DNA of 64,000 nucleotides, from assembly GCA_946415265.1 (NCBI GenBank), contig CAMKRV010000001.1, forward strand, positions 18,887 through 82,886, read 5' to 3'. The position numbers were made by a program, and so were the translations under genes. This DNA comes from an uncultured Candidatus Saccharibacteria bacterium (GTDB taxonomy: Bacteria > Patescibacteriota > Saccharimonadia > Saccharimonadales > Saccharimonadaceae). Under the pieces are notes generated by a model. The model did no database searches. It was not told the origin of the DNA and saw only the letters and a list, made by a program, of their open reading frames with translations. The first letter of the stretch is position 1. Each line of letters opens with the position of its first letter. Positions 41,245 to 51,166 of the stretch are shown one piece after another.

Positions 41245-42078
41245 ATGGAGACAAAGGTGAGCGAAAATAATATTGTTATTGAATTAAAAGGCCTAACCAA
41301 ACGTTATGGTTACGGCGATACTGAATCATTTGCTTTAAAAGATTTTGATCTTACTATTAAACGTGGCGAATTCATTATGATTATGGGCCCTAGTGGTTGC
41401 GGTAAAACCACGTTACTTAATATCATTGGTTTGCTAGATCGTGCCACCAATGGTGAATATGTCCTTAATGGCGAAAATGTTGCCAGTATTTCTGCCCGTC
41501 GTCAAGCGCGTCTCCGTGCTAAAAAAATCGGTTTCATTTTTCAGAATTTTAATCTTATCGAAGATTTACCAATACTAGAAAATGTTGCTCTCCCCCTAAT
41601 TTATGCTGGCTATCCAAAAACTGCACGCCTCAAAAACGCTTCCTCGGCCCTTAAACGCTTTCATTTGCAAGAGCGCGAATATTATTTCCCTTACCAACTT
41701 TCTGGTGGCCAACAGCAGCGTGTAGCTATTGCTCGCGCCATTGTTGGCAATCCAGAAATCATCCTAGCTGATGAACCTACTGGTAATTTGGATTCTCGTG
41801 CCTCCCATTCAGTGATGGAGGAGCTAAAAGCTATCCATGAAGAAGGTAATACTATTATTATGGTTACCCACAACCCAGCTCTTACCAGTTATGCCACGCG
41901 TGTAATTAATATGCTAGATGGTCAGATCGATACCGATGTTAAAACCGTAGAAGATCACAATCTTCCGCAGCCGATAGATGTCAAAATTAAAAAGCGAAAA
42001 GAAAAACCAGAAGTAATTCTTGGCAAAATAGAACCAACCAAAAAACGTAGACGTAAAAAATCACGGAGGAAAAAATAA
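41245..42078 (+). CDS. MacB/LolD-type ABC transporter ATPase
   Basis: GPSGCGKTT, LSGGQQQRVAIARA, ILADEPTGNLD; start placed after the tRNA. Confidence 0.92.
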   Translation: METKVSENNIVIELKGLTKRYGYGDTESFALKDFDLTIKRGEFIMIMGPSGCGKTTLLNIIGLLDRATNGEYVLNGENVASISARRQARLRAKKIGFIFQNFNLIEDLPILENVALPLIYAGYPKTARLKNASSALKRFHLQEREYYFPYQLSGGQQQRVAIARAIVGNPEIILADEPTGNLDSRASHSVMEELKAIHEEGNTIIMVTHNPALTSYATRVINMLDGQIDTDVKTVEDHNLPQPIDVKIKKRKEKPEVILGKIEPTKKRRRKKSRRKK

Positions 42079-43310
42079 TGGCCCTACTCTTTAAAACTCA
42101 TTTCAAACTCGCCAGGACCTCCATCAAAGAAAATCGTACACGCTCTTTCCTTACCTGTCTTGGTATTGCTATTGGTGTAGCCAGTATTATTCTTATTCTT
42201 TCCCTCATGGGTAGCATTTCTAATCTTGTTAAAAATGAAGTTAATGAAATTGGTTCAGATCTTATTGTGGTCCGTCCAAATTCTACTAAAAATTCCATCA
42301 ATAACATTATTGAAGAATTAACTTCTTCTAATACTTTCCAGCAGTCTAGTCTTTCCCTTTCCGATATTGATACTATCTCCGGTTTAGATAATGTAGCGGC
42401 GGTAGCTCCTATATCTACTTCCGTAAATACCTTAGAGTCCGAGAAAAACACTTTCACTTCTGTACCAATTCTTGGCACTACACCAGATTTTGTTAAAATT
42501 GAGCCACTCGCACTCCGCTACGGTACATTCTTTACGGATAATAATAAAGAAAACGGCGTAGTTCTTGGTCACACACTTTCCTTGGCGCTATTTAATACTA
42601 TCAATAGTACTGTGGGTAAAACCGTCTCCATCCTCGGTGAAAAATTTATGGTAGTAGGTGTTTTAGACGAAATAGAAAAATCCATTAATTTTGATAATGT
42701 AGATTTTGATAATGCACTTATTATGGATGTTCATACCCTAGATAAGTTACTTGGTTCCACCCAGATTCAACAAATTAATATCAAGGCTGCCAATACGGAT
42801 AGTCTAGCCGCTATTTCAGGCAGTATTCATGATAAATTAAAAAATAGTAAATCTGGCGATGAAAACTTCTCTGTCGCTTACGGTGATGGAATTTCTCATC
42901 CGGCTAGCTCTCTCTTTACTATTGTCTCCGGTATGCTGGCGCTAGTGGCTACCATCTCTCTTGTTGTTGGCGGTATAGGTGTAATGAATATTATGTTAGT
43001 ATCTGTCGCCGAACGTACGCACGAAATCGGCATCCGCAAAGCTGTCGGTGCTTCTTCGCGTAATATTTTGATGCAGTTCCTCTTCGAGGCTCTCATTCTC
43101 TCTATCTTTGGCGGTATCTTTGGTTTAATTCTGGGCTATGTCTTTGCCTTCTTAGTTTCTATTGTTACCCCATTTGCACCATATATTAGTTGGGAAATTC
43201 TCGCACTTACATTGCTCACCACTCTTGCTATCGGCATTATCTTTGGTATTTACCCAGCCCTTAAGGCCGCCTCAAAAAATCCAATCGAATCTCTCAAACA
43301 TTATAGGTAG
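42078..43310 (+). CDS. MacB/FtsX-type ABC permease
   Basis: RSFLTCLGIAIGV, GGIGVMNIMLVSVAERTHEIGIRKAVGA. Confidence 0.92.
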   Translation: MALLFKTHFKLARTSIKENRTRSFLTCLGIAIGVASIILILSLMGSISNLVKNEVNEIGSDLIVVRPNSTKNSINNIIEELTSSNTFQQSSLSLSDIDTISGLDNVAAVAPISTSVNTLESEKNTFTSVPILGTTPDFVKIEPLALRYGTFFTDNNKENGVVLGHTLSLALFNTINSTVGKTVSILGEKFMVVGVLDEIEKSINFDNVDFDNALIMDVHTLDKLLGSTQIQQINIKAANTDSLAAISGSIHDKLKNSKSGDENFSVAYGDGISHPASSLFTIVSGMLALVATISLVVGGIGVMNIMLVSVAERTHEIGIRKAVGASSRNILMQFLFEALILSIFGGIFGLILGYVFAFLVSIVTPFAPYISWEILALTLLTTLAIGIIFGIYPALKAASKNPIESLKHYR

Positions 43311-43312
43311 TT

Positions 43313-44560
43313 ATGAAAGAATTGTTAGAAAAACTCCCATTTTATAATCAGGCTGTTTTGCCATACCACTATGCTCAATCTTTGGTCGCTGGCATTAAAT
43401 ATATTTTTCCCGGCAAAAAGCTACGCGTCATTGGCGTCACGGGTACCAATGGTAAGACAACTACTTCTTTCATGATTTGGCAAATGCTAAACCATGCCGG
43501 CTATAAAACCGGCCTCATGACTACCGTTGCTTGGGGTGTCAAAAAATTACAACCCGAGCTTAACCATATGACTACCGTCGACGCTTTTACCCTAAACGGT
43601 CGTATCGCTGATATTAAAAAACAAGGCGCTGAATTTTTAGTGCTCGAAGTTACCTCTCATGCTCTTGCGCAATTCCGTACTTTAGGCATACCTATTGAAG
43701 TTGCCGTATTCACCAATCTCACGCACGATCATCTAGATTACCACAAAACTATCGCCAACTATCGCGCCGCCAAAGGTAAATTATTTAAAAAAGCTAAATT
43801 TAGTATTCTTAATGCTGATGATTCTGCCACTGTCTATTATAAAAAACTAGCCAAATCATTTACCACCTATGGCATCAAGAAAGGCGATCATCGCGCTACC
43901 GATATCAAACTAAACGTTTCTGGCGTCAGTTATTCCTTAGATAATCTTCAAATCTCTACTCAAATTCCTGGCGAATTTAATGTTTATAATTCCATGGCCG
44001 CCGCATTGGTTGGTGAAAAACTTGGTCTTACTAATACTCAAATTGTAGATGGGATTAAATCGCTCACCTCGGTAGAAGGCCGCATGAATATCATAGACGA
44101 AGGTCAACCTTTTACCGTAATTGTGGACTACGCTCATGCGCCAGATGCTTTAGAAAAAGTTTTTACTTCCGTTAAAGGCCACAAAGGCAAAATTATTTCT
44201 GTACATGGTGGCGCAGGTCGTCGCGATCCTTCCACTCGTCCTATCCGTGGCGAAATTCTCGCCAAAAACTCTGATATCGTCATTATTACAGAAGACGATT
44301 CGCGTGATGAAGACCCTGAAAAAATCGCCGCGGGCTTCATAAAGGGCGCCGAAAAACAAGGTAAAATTTTAAATAAAGATTTATTCAAAGAGCTAGATCG
44401 CGCCAAGGCTATTGAACTCGCTATCAAGAAAGCCAAAAAAGGCGATCTAGTCTTAATCCTTGGCAAAGGCCACGAAAAAACTATTTTAAGAGCCGACGGC
44501 CCTCATGATTTTGAGGATATTAAGGTTGCACGTAAAATCTTGAAGAATATCTATTTGTAG
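43313..44560 (+). CDS. murE: UDP-MurNAc-dipeptide amino-acid ligase MurE
   Basis: GVTGTNGKTTT, EVTSH, TNLTHDHLDYH, VDYAH, GKGHE. Confidence 0.9.
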   Translation: MKELLEKLPFYNQAVLPYHYAQSLVAGIKYIFPGKKLRVIGVTGTNGKTTTSFMIWQMLNHAGYKTGLMTTVAWGVKKLQPELNHMTTVDAFTLNGRIADIKKQGAEFLVLEVTSHALAQFRTLGIPIEVAVFTNLTHDHLDYHKTIANYRAAKGKLFKKAKFSILNADDSATVYYKKLAKSFTTYGIKKGDHRATDIKLNVSGVSYSLDNLQISTQIPGEFNVYNSMAAALVGEKLGLTNTQIVDGIKSLTSVEGRMNIIDEGQPFTVIVDYAHAPDALEKVFTSVKGHKGKIISVHGGAGRRDPSTRPIRGEILAKNSDIVIITEDDSRDEDPEKIAAGFIKGAEKQGKILNKDLFKELDRAKAIELAIKKAKKGDLVLILGKGHEKTILRADGPHDFEDIKVARKILKNIYL

Positions 44561-44573
44561 CTAAACTATTCGC

Positions 44574-44748
44574 TATAAATAACTTAGTTTTATGAGTATT
44601 GAGCAAACCTGAGAAATCTTTTCTGAATTTTAGAAAAATCGACGCGCGAGACCCACATCCGGCGTGAGACGCGCGATTTTTCGTATAAAAATTTAGAAAA
44701 GACCTTCCCAGCGTGTAGCGAAGCACTCATAAAACTAAGTTATTTATA
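44574..44748. repeat. 175-bp palindromic element with perfect 24-bp terminal inverted repeats
   Basis: TATAAATAACTTAGTTTTATGAGT / ACTCATAAAACTAAGTTATTTATA plus inner stems. Confidence 0.88.
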
Positions 44749-44756
44749 TTATATAT

Positions 44757-45503
44757 CTAAGGATTATACTCCGCGATTCCGTCTATAATATTATCAGTAG
44801 AAATTCCGAGTCCGCTCGCAATTGCTGCTGCACAGGCCATGTAAGACACGGCAGTTTCTCCGGTAATAAATGTCGCCACCGATATTACTTCGGATTTTAG
44901 CGACAACGTGGCTTCAGTTCCCTTCGGGTAAAGCTTAGAATTAAGAATTTTTACATCCGCTCCGCTTTGTCCAAATACCACAGTCTCTTTGCTGCCTTTA
45001 AATCCTGCAAAGGTATCATAGTTCAAATCATCGCCATTTAATACTACGATTTCTGGTTTCATGTCAAACAATGTTTTTTCGTTTTCTAAGTATTCTTCCG
45101 GTTCCATATCGTGTAGTCCTGCCGTCACAAAATTTGTCATTGCCGCCACATTTACTGGCAAACCATAGAATATATTATCGCGTAGCCCTTCTGCTGGCAC
45201 CGTTACTATTACGTAGTTTGCGCCCGCTTTCCATGCGTCGCTCAAGAATTTATGTAGCATACCCATCTTAAACGGCTGGTCGCTTGCCAGTACTGCCACT
45301 TGTTCCCCGCTCGCGCGTAAAATTTCATGTACATAATGCGCCACCGTTACCTTGCCAGTTGTGCCGGTAATGGCGATTAGTTTCATATCTTTTGTTGGGT
45401 TGCCATAATAAGATTTCAGAAGTTTGGCTTTTACTTTTTGAGCCCCCGCCCTTACGCCACCATTTTTATTTTTCCCAGATTTACTTCTCTCGCGCTCTTT
45501 CAT
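44757..45503 (-). CDS. Truncated MurE-like protein (Mur ligase central domain only)
   Basis: YYGNP..MKLIAITGTTGKVTV, VLNGDD; lacks C-terminal domain and DHLDYH. Confidence 0.75.
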   Translation of the reverse strand: MKERERSKSGKNKNGGVRAGAQKVKAKLLKSYYGNPTKDMKLIAITGTTGKVTVAHYVHEILRASGEQVAVLASDQPFKMGMLHKFLSDAWKAGANYVIVTVPAEGLRDNIFYGLPVNVAAMTNFVTAGLHDMEPEEYLENEKTLFDMKPEIVVLNGDDLNYDTFAGFKGSKETVVFGQSGADVKILNSKLYPKGTEATLSLKSEVISVATFITGETAVSYMACAAAIASGLGISTDNIIDGIAEYNP

Positions 45504-45593
45504 ATCTTTATACTATCACTTTTCCAGCATCCCCGCAAATTCTGCCGGAATTTTCTTGCTATTTCCAAACCGTTTATGATAATATAAATATAT

Positions 45594-46706
45594 ATGCAGG
45601 AAGGTGATACAGAGCTTGGTGGGCTGCAAATTCCTCACGGAAACAACGTAAATCCACCCACACCCACTCCCGGCCCCCAGCCGGTAGCTTCTGCCGCTCC
45701 GCAAAATCCCCAGCCAGTACCTCAGTCATCTCCACAGCCTACTCCTCAATTATCCACCCCTCAATCTGTTAGCCAACCGGTTAGCCAACCAACAGATCGG
45801 CTATTTTCTCAAACCTTTTCGCCGAAAAATCATACTACAGATCAATCTATTATTGATAGTCAGGCACCTCAGCCTCAAGCTTTCGAGCAACAATTCCAAT
45901 CTCAAATACAATCTTCCGCGCTCAGTGGTGGCGATATTATTATGGATACCCAACCCAGCAAAAAAACAAAAAAGAACAGAATTATTTTAATCAGTGTAAT
46001 AATAATGTCGATGCTGGTCGCAGTAATTATTTGTGTTATTATTTTAATTGGCAGAAGTAAGGATGTTTCTGTAGATAACTCATTTGATAAATTTATAAAC
46101 TATCTAACAAATGGGGATATTGCTAAAAGTCCCACAACTGATTTTGATATAAAAGATGAATATATGATAGATTATTACTATTTTTCTGGCAGCAAAGAAG
46201 AAAGACAGGCATATTTCAAACAATTAAAACAATTATGGGAAAATTTTGTTAAAAACGATGACACTAAAAGCGAGGTAGAAAAAGAGATAATCTCAGAAAT
46301 CAATGACAATCTCAGTGTAATAAATCTCAGTATAGATAAAGGAATTATTCCAGCAGAAGAGATTTTTAGACAATATATAAAAGGCGGGGAGGATGGCGCA
46401 AGAACATATTATGAAGATTATTATGCATCGGAAAACAAAATGAATGAGATGGAAATGCAATACATATTTTATCAGGACAGTTATTTAAATGATATTTTAA
46501 ATGTTATTAAATTATATATCGCTAATCAATGCGTAAACGGAGATAATATAGATGAAAAATGCGCAGAAGAAAAAGGCATTTACGAAACAGGAGATTATAA
46601 GCGGGTAGCAAATTCTCTACGCCTTATAGTTAATTATACAGACGAAGCCGAGGCGCAAGTAAAAAAATCTTGTGAAGAACTAATCAAAATTAGGACGAAT
46701 GGGTGA
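45594..46706 (+). CDS. Bitopic protein with Pro/Gln-rich N-terminus
   Basis: PQP low-complexity region, single TM, helical extracellular domain. Confidence 0.7.
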   Translation: MQEGDTELGGLQIPHGNNVNPPTPTPGPQPVASAAPQNPQPVPQSSPQPTPQLSTPQSVSQPVSQPTDRLFSQTFSPKNHTTDQSIIDSQAPQPQAFEQQFQSQIQSSALSGGDIIMDTQPSKKTKKNRIILISVIIMSMLVAVIICVIILIGRSKDVSVDNSFDKFINYLTNGDIAKSPTTDFDIKDEYMIDYYYFSGSKEERQAYFKQLKQLWENFVKNDDTKSEVEKEIISEINDNLSVINLSIDKGIIPAEEIFRQYIKGGEDGARTYYEDYYASENKMNEMEMQYIFYQDSYLNDILNVIKLYIANQCVNGDNIDEKCAEEKGIYETGDYKRVANSLRLIVNYTDEAEAQVKKSCEELIKIRTNG

Positions 46707-49700
46707 TGAAAAAAGCAAGCAGAACATTCCTTACTATCGCGGTGGCCCTAGTTGCGCTATTTAGCTTAACGGCTAAAACTTTAAACGTCAGTGCTTATAC
46801 GTATAAAAAAGGTGCTGATGTCACAATTGATAAAATTGTAACCAATAACGCATACATCGCCGCATCAATATTCAAGGATTCCATAACACTTTTAACGCTT
46901 AACGATAATGGAGTGAAATCCATACTTTCAAATAGTGACGACTGCCACGTTCCTATGCCAAATACTATCATTAGAGCCAAAGATGGCAATAGTCCTAGAT
47001 TAAGTTGCTATGATTTCCTCGTAGGCAAAGGTGATGAGTGGTCGGGCATTATGGACTTCCCTACATTTGAGAAAGATGTGACCACGTATGCTCAATATGC
47101 TGAATATTTAGAAGGGTTTGGGTATACAAAATTAAAAGATGAGGGCTGGACTAAAAAATGCGTTTTCGCGCAAATAGAAGACGCATCAAAAAGTGGCTCT
47201 GGGCCGGACACTAATAAAGAAAATACATCTGTGAAGATATGTGCAGATGTTCATGGATCAAGTGACAGAATGAAAGATGTTACCCAAGTTAGCGATAGCG
47301 ATAAAAGTACTATCGAAGATTATTATTTAGACATTGAGCCGCGAGTTTATCCCAGTGATGATTATAATTTTAGACTTAGCAAGCACGGTAATACGATCTT
47401 TAATTTTTATACAAAAGCAACCGCGGCCGGGAATCCAGATCTGACATGGACAGAGTTTATAAAAAAGTGGGAGGATGGGGCTAAATCTGTAAATAGTGTA
47501 CAGGTAACAATTAAACAATCTGATGAATCGGACTCAAATGCATCTAGTACCGATACTGTTGATCATAATACTGTATATGAAAAAGGTTCAGATGCACGAA
47601 TTGTAGATAAGATACTTGGGACGGTTACTAATCTTCCACTATCTACGGCTGAAGTATATAATATATATAATCAATATCTCAACGATCAAGATAATGTCAA
47701 TCTCAAATGTAGTGATACTTATGATTTTAAGAGCGATACCAACAATAAATGGTACAAAGTTCAAATCAAGCGTGATGGCAAGATAGTTGATAACTGTTGG
47801 GCTGCAGAAGCGAGACCGTATTCACCTATTAAATATACTGGTGCCAGTAAAACACCAAGTAGCTACGATCCTATAACTGGGCAAGATTCTTCAGCTAACA
47901 CGTACTACTTCACGAGAGAAAATATGACTCTTGAGGAGATTATTAACCAAATCAATAAATTTGACTTAACCGCAATAGAGGGCGACATAAATGACATAAG
48001 TAATCCTTCTGCGAGTTCAAATGATCCTTCTGCGAACAAACCTTCTGAAAGTAATTCTTGCTATAATGCCGGCATAGAAGCTATGTCATGGATTATTTGC
48101 CCTGCTCTAAATAATACCTCAAATACAGTAGATGGAATCGAAGGCTATTTAAGAGATTGGCTTCAAATTAAAACCGTAGGGGAAGGCGGCATATTTGAAA
48201 ACAGTAATGGTACACATCTTTATGATGGATGGAGTATCTTTCGTAATCTTGCTAATGGATTGTTAATCATAGTACTGTTAATAATAATATTTTCACAACT
48301 TACCGGTTACGGTATAGATAATTATGGTATTAAGAAAATGCTACCCAAACTAATTTTGATGGGCATTCTGATTAATCTTAGCTTCTTGTTTTGTCAACTC
48401 GCTGTAGATATTTCTAATATCCTAGGAGTGGGTCTAGATAATATGATGAAGGCGATTGCAGCAAATATGAACGGCGGTACGGCCCCAAACTATACAACAT
48501 CCACAATAGTAACTGCTGTCTTGGGTGCAATTGCTGGAGCGGGCACGGTAGCCGGCGTCGCGGCCGGCGCCATTGGCGGCGGTGGAGTCATGATAGCGAT
48601 AGTGTTATTGCTCGCATTATTGGTGGCCCTGATTGCGGTATTGATGTTCTTTGTAATGCTTAGTGCTAGAATAATTATAGTCGCCGTGTTTATTGTAATT
48701 TCTCCGGTAGCGTTCGCATTATATATTCTACCAAACACTCAAAACCTCTTCAAGAAATGGTGGAAAATCTTCGAGACTGCACTTGTAATTTATCCTATAT
48801 GCGGAGCCTTATACGGCGCTAGCTACATAATTAAAGCCATCGTTGGCGGGGATAGCGGCGGTTTCATACCTGGGATTATAGCCGTAGTGGCCCCGTTTTT
48901 ACCATTCTTAGCCTTGCCTACACTGCTTAGAGGGGCTATGGCTGGCCTCGGCGCGCTTGGAGGTACGCTCACCATGCTTGGCAATGGTCTTAGAAAAGGG
49001 GCGCAAAGTGGCTCTGGAGCAATACAGTCTGGCATCAAGAACTCTGAGCGCTATAAGTACAACGCTGACCGCATTGCTGAAAACCGTAGATTCCGCTGGG
49101 CTGAGCGCAATAGAAATAGCTCAAACCTTGCTACAAGACGCAAGGCCCAGACATTATTAAACGAACGCACGCAGCAAAGAGCACAGGACGCAGTCGGCGT
49201 TATTCCTGTTGATCAAGCATTAGCACAGCAAAGAGCAACAAGTCAGCGCCGATCGCAGGAAATTAAGAATTACACCGATCAATATAGTACATTGACGCGT
49301 AGTGCTATGGACACGGAGCTTCAGTCGGCCGCTGCGGCGTATAAAGCAGATAGAAATGAGCAAAATTCAATCCGCTTGCAGGCTGCAATTGCGGCGGCGG
49401 ATGGCCGAGGAATGAACAGAGAGTTGCTAGGGGCATTAGGACAAGGGGGGGCAGGTATGTTAAATCTTTCAGGTAATGACAATAACGATCAGGCAATTCT
49501 TAATCAATTGGCCAGTAGTGGAAATAAAGTTTTAAATCAATTCGCTAAAACAAGATCTAAAAACGCCGCAACCTCTATGTCTTTGCACGATTTCGTAAAT
49601 GGTGCAAATGCAGGTGACAATTTGGCAGATGTGTTCAATAGTAAGGGCGCAGAGATTATGAATGGTATGGATGATGACACGCTGTCATATATTAGCAGAT

Positions 49701-49978
49701 CCGGCAGCGGCGCAGGCATTAATACGGAAACAATCCTCAATGCGGCTATGCAGACTTCTGATGCGAAAGAGCTTGCGCAGCTTAATAATATGCTTCGTAA
49801 TAGGACTGGCTACAATATAAAAACCAGCGACTTTACTAAGATTAAATTTGATACATATAGTGCACTTAATCCGAGCGTATATGCTAATGCCGTAGCCGAA
49901 CTTAGAAATGGTTCCGAAAGTAGCCAGCGAATAATCAGCCAGATGGATCAAAGAGTAAGGGCGGATCTTGGCCTATAA
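46703..49978 (+). CDS. VirB6/TrbL-like membrane protein with large N- and C-terminal extensions
   Basis: SWIICP, W..FRNLAN, IKKMLPKLI...LINLSF...VDISN, SPVAFALYILPNT..LFKKWW core typical of CPR VirB6-like proteins. Confidence 0.72.
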   Translation: MMKKASRTFLTIAVALVALFSLTAKTLNVSAYTYKKGADVTIDKIVTNNAYIAASIFKDSITLLTLNDNGVKSILSNSDDCHVPMPNTIIRAKDGNSPRLSCYDFLVGKGDEWSGIMDFPTFEKDVTTYAQYAEYLEGFGYTKLKDEGWTKKCVFAQIEDASKSGSGPDTNKENTSVKICADVHGSSDRMKDVTQVSDSDKSTIEDYYLDIEPRVYPSDDYNFRLSKHGNTIFNFYTKATAAGNPDLTWTEFIKKWEDGAKSVNSVQVTIKQSDESDSNASSTDTVDHNTVYEKGSDARIVDKILGTVTNLPLSTAEVYNIYNQYLNDQDNVNLKCSDTYDFKSDTNNKWYKVQIKRDGKIVDNCWAAEARPYSPIKYTGASKTPSSYDPITGQDSSANTYYFTRENMTLEEIINQINKFDLTAIEGDINDISNPSASSNDPSANKPSESNSCYNAGIEAMSWIICPALNNTSNTVDGIEGYLRDWLQIKTVGEGGIFENSNGTHLYDGWSIFRNLANGLLIIVLLIIIFSQLTGYGIDNYGIKKMLPKLILMGILINLSFLFCQLAVDISNILGVGLDNMMKAIAANMNGGTAPNYTTSTIVTAVLGAIAGAGTVAGVAAGAIGGGGVMIAIVLLLALLVALIAVLMFFVMLSARIIIVAVFIVISPVAFALYILPNTQNLFKKWWKIFETALVIYPICGALYGASYIIKAIVGGDSGGFIPGIIAVVAPFLPFLALPTLLRGAMAGLGALGGTLTMLGNGLRKGAQSGSGAIQSGIKNSERYKYNADRIAENRRFRWAERNRNSSNLATRRKAQTLLNERTQQRAQDAVGVIPVDQALAQQRATSQRRSQEIKNYTDQYSTLTRSAMDTELQSAAAAYKADRNEQNSIRLQAAIAAADGRGMNRELLGALGQGGAGMLNLSGNDNNDQAILNQLASSGNKVLNQFAKTRSKNAATSMSLHDFVNGANAGDNLADVFNSKGAEIMNGMDDDTLSYISRSGSGAGINTETILNAAMQTSDAKELAQLNNMLRNRTGYNIKTSDFTKIKFDTYSALNPSVYANAVAELRNGSESSQRIISQMDQRVRADLGL

Positions 49979-50115
49979 TACGACTGGCAGTAGTCTACAC
50001 TAAACAAATAGAGCTCATTTATATATTGATATCAAATCGATTCATAAGTATATGATTGCGGACTTCTTGAATTGCAAAAGGTTCTTACAATTTATCCCTT
50101 AGTTTAATGCTATCT

Positions 50116-50133
50116 TGGCAGAAGCGAGAGGAT
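50116..50133 (-). repeat. Duplicated tRNA-Ser 3' end (att-like scar)
   Basis: TGGCAGAAGCGAGAGGAT vs TGGCGGAAGCGAGAGGAT at 50196-50213 (17/18). Confidence 0.6.
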
Positions 50134-50195
50134 ATATTATCCTCAGTGCTTCCTTCAGAAACAAAACAAGAGAGCAAGCTCTCTTCTTTCGCTTC

Positions 50196-50285
50196 TGGCG
50201 GAAGCGAGAGGATTCGAACCTCCGAGACGCTTGCGCGCCCACACGATTTCGAGTCGTGCGCCTTCAACCACTCGGCCACGCTTCC
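50196..50285 (-). tRNA. tRNA-Ser(CGA)
   Basis: Reverse complement GGAAGCGTGGCCGAGTGG...CACGACT-CGA-AATCGTG, variable arm, GTTCGAATCC, CCA. Confidence 0.95.
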
Positions 50286-50460
50286 GTTTCCAATTTTAAC
50301 ACGATTTTCTGCAAAATGCCACACAAATCCCAAAAATATGTTATAATAAAAACGTCACCTCTATGGTGATGCTCATTTAATTTCTAGGTGGATGCGTAAA
50401 AACATCCACATATGTGTTGTTAGTCCCTAAAGGACATGCAATACACCATATATCAAGTGT

Positions 50461-50537
50461 GCACCCGTAGCTCAGCTGGATAGAGCGTTTGCTTGCGGAG
50501 CAAAAGGTCGTAGGTTCAAATCCTGTCGGGTGTACCA
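50461..50537 (+). tRNA. tRNA-Arg(GCG)
   Basis: GCACCCGTAGCTCAGCTGGATAGAGC, TTTGC-TT-GCG-GA-GCAAA, GGTTCAAATCC, CCA. Confidence 0.93.
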
Positions 50538-50581
50538 ATCCAAAAATTAAAAAATCAGGCCACTAGGCCTTATTTTTTAAT

Positions 50582-51133
50582 TCAATTTAATTCGTATTTT
50601 CTTAACTCACCGTTCTCAATCTTAAATGTCGCAAAGTCGGTATTCTCATCGTAACCCACAATATTAAAATGTAAATTCCTCAAAAGCCCCGCATGCGCCA
50701 CAACCAATATTTTTGCATCATTGGGATATTTCCTTCTTAAATCATCCAAAAAATCCTTTGCCCTTGCTAGCATTGCGTTAACCGGCTCGATACCCATCCC
50801 ACCAAAATCCAATTTTCTATCAAATATATCAATTCCGCCGGTAATTTCCATCCAAGTATCACCAATTTTACCTTCAATATCCCCAAAACATCTTTCACTC
50901 AAACGGTCGTCCAGAATGATTTTGTATTTCCCCTCGGTGGCAATTTTCGCCGTTTCATATGCCCGGCTTAAAGGCGAAGCAAAACACACATCAAAATTAA
51001 TCTTGCCTACCTCATGACATAGCTCCTTTGCTTGGGCTATGCCAGTCGCATTAAGCGGAACATCGGTTTGTCCCTGCACTTTATGTTGCAAGTTCCAGTC
51101 CGTCTGTCCGTGTCGTGCCATATATAATTTCAT
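50582..51133 (-). CDS. Histidine phosphatase family protein
   Basis: RHGQTDWN, SPLSRA, E..FG, VAHAG. Confidence 0.92.
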   Translation of the reverse strand: MKLYMARHGQTDWNLQHKVQGQTDVPLNATGIAQAKELCHEVGKINFDVCFASPLSRAYETAKIATEGKYKIILDDRLSERCFGDIEGKIGDTWMEITGGIDIFDRKLDFGGMGIEPVNAMLARAKDFLDDLRRKYPNDAKILVVAHAGLLRNLHFNIVGYDENTDFATFKIENGELRKYELN

Positions 51134-51166
51134 AGTCTAATTATATCACTATGCTATAATTATCTT

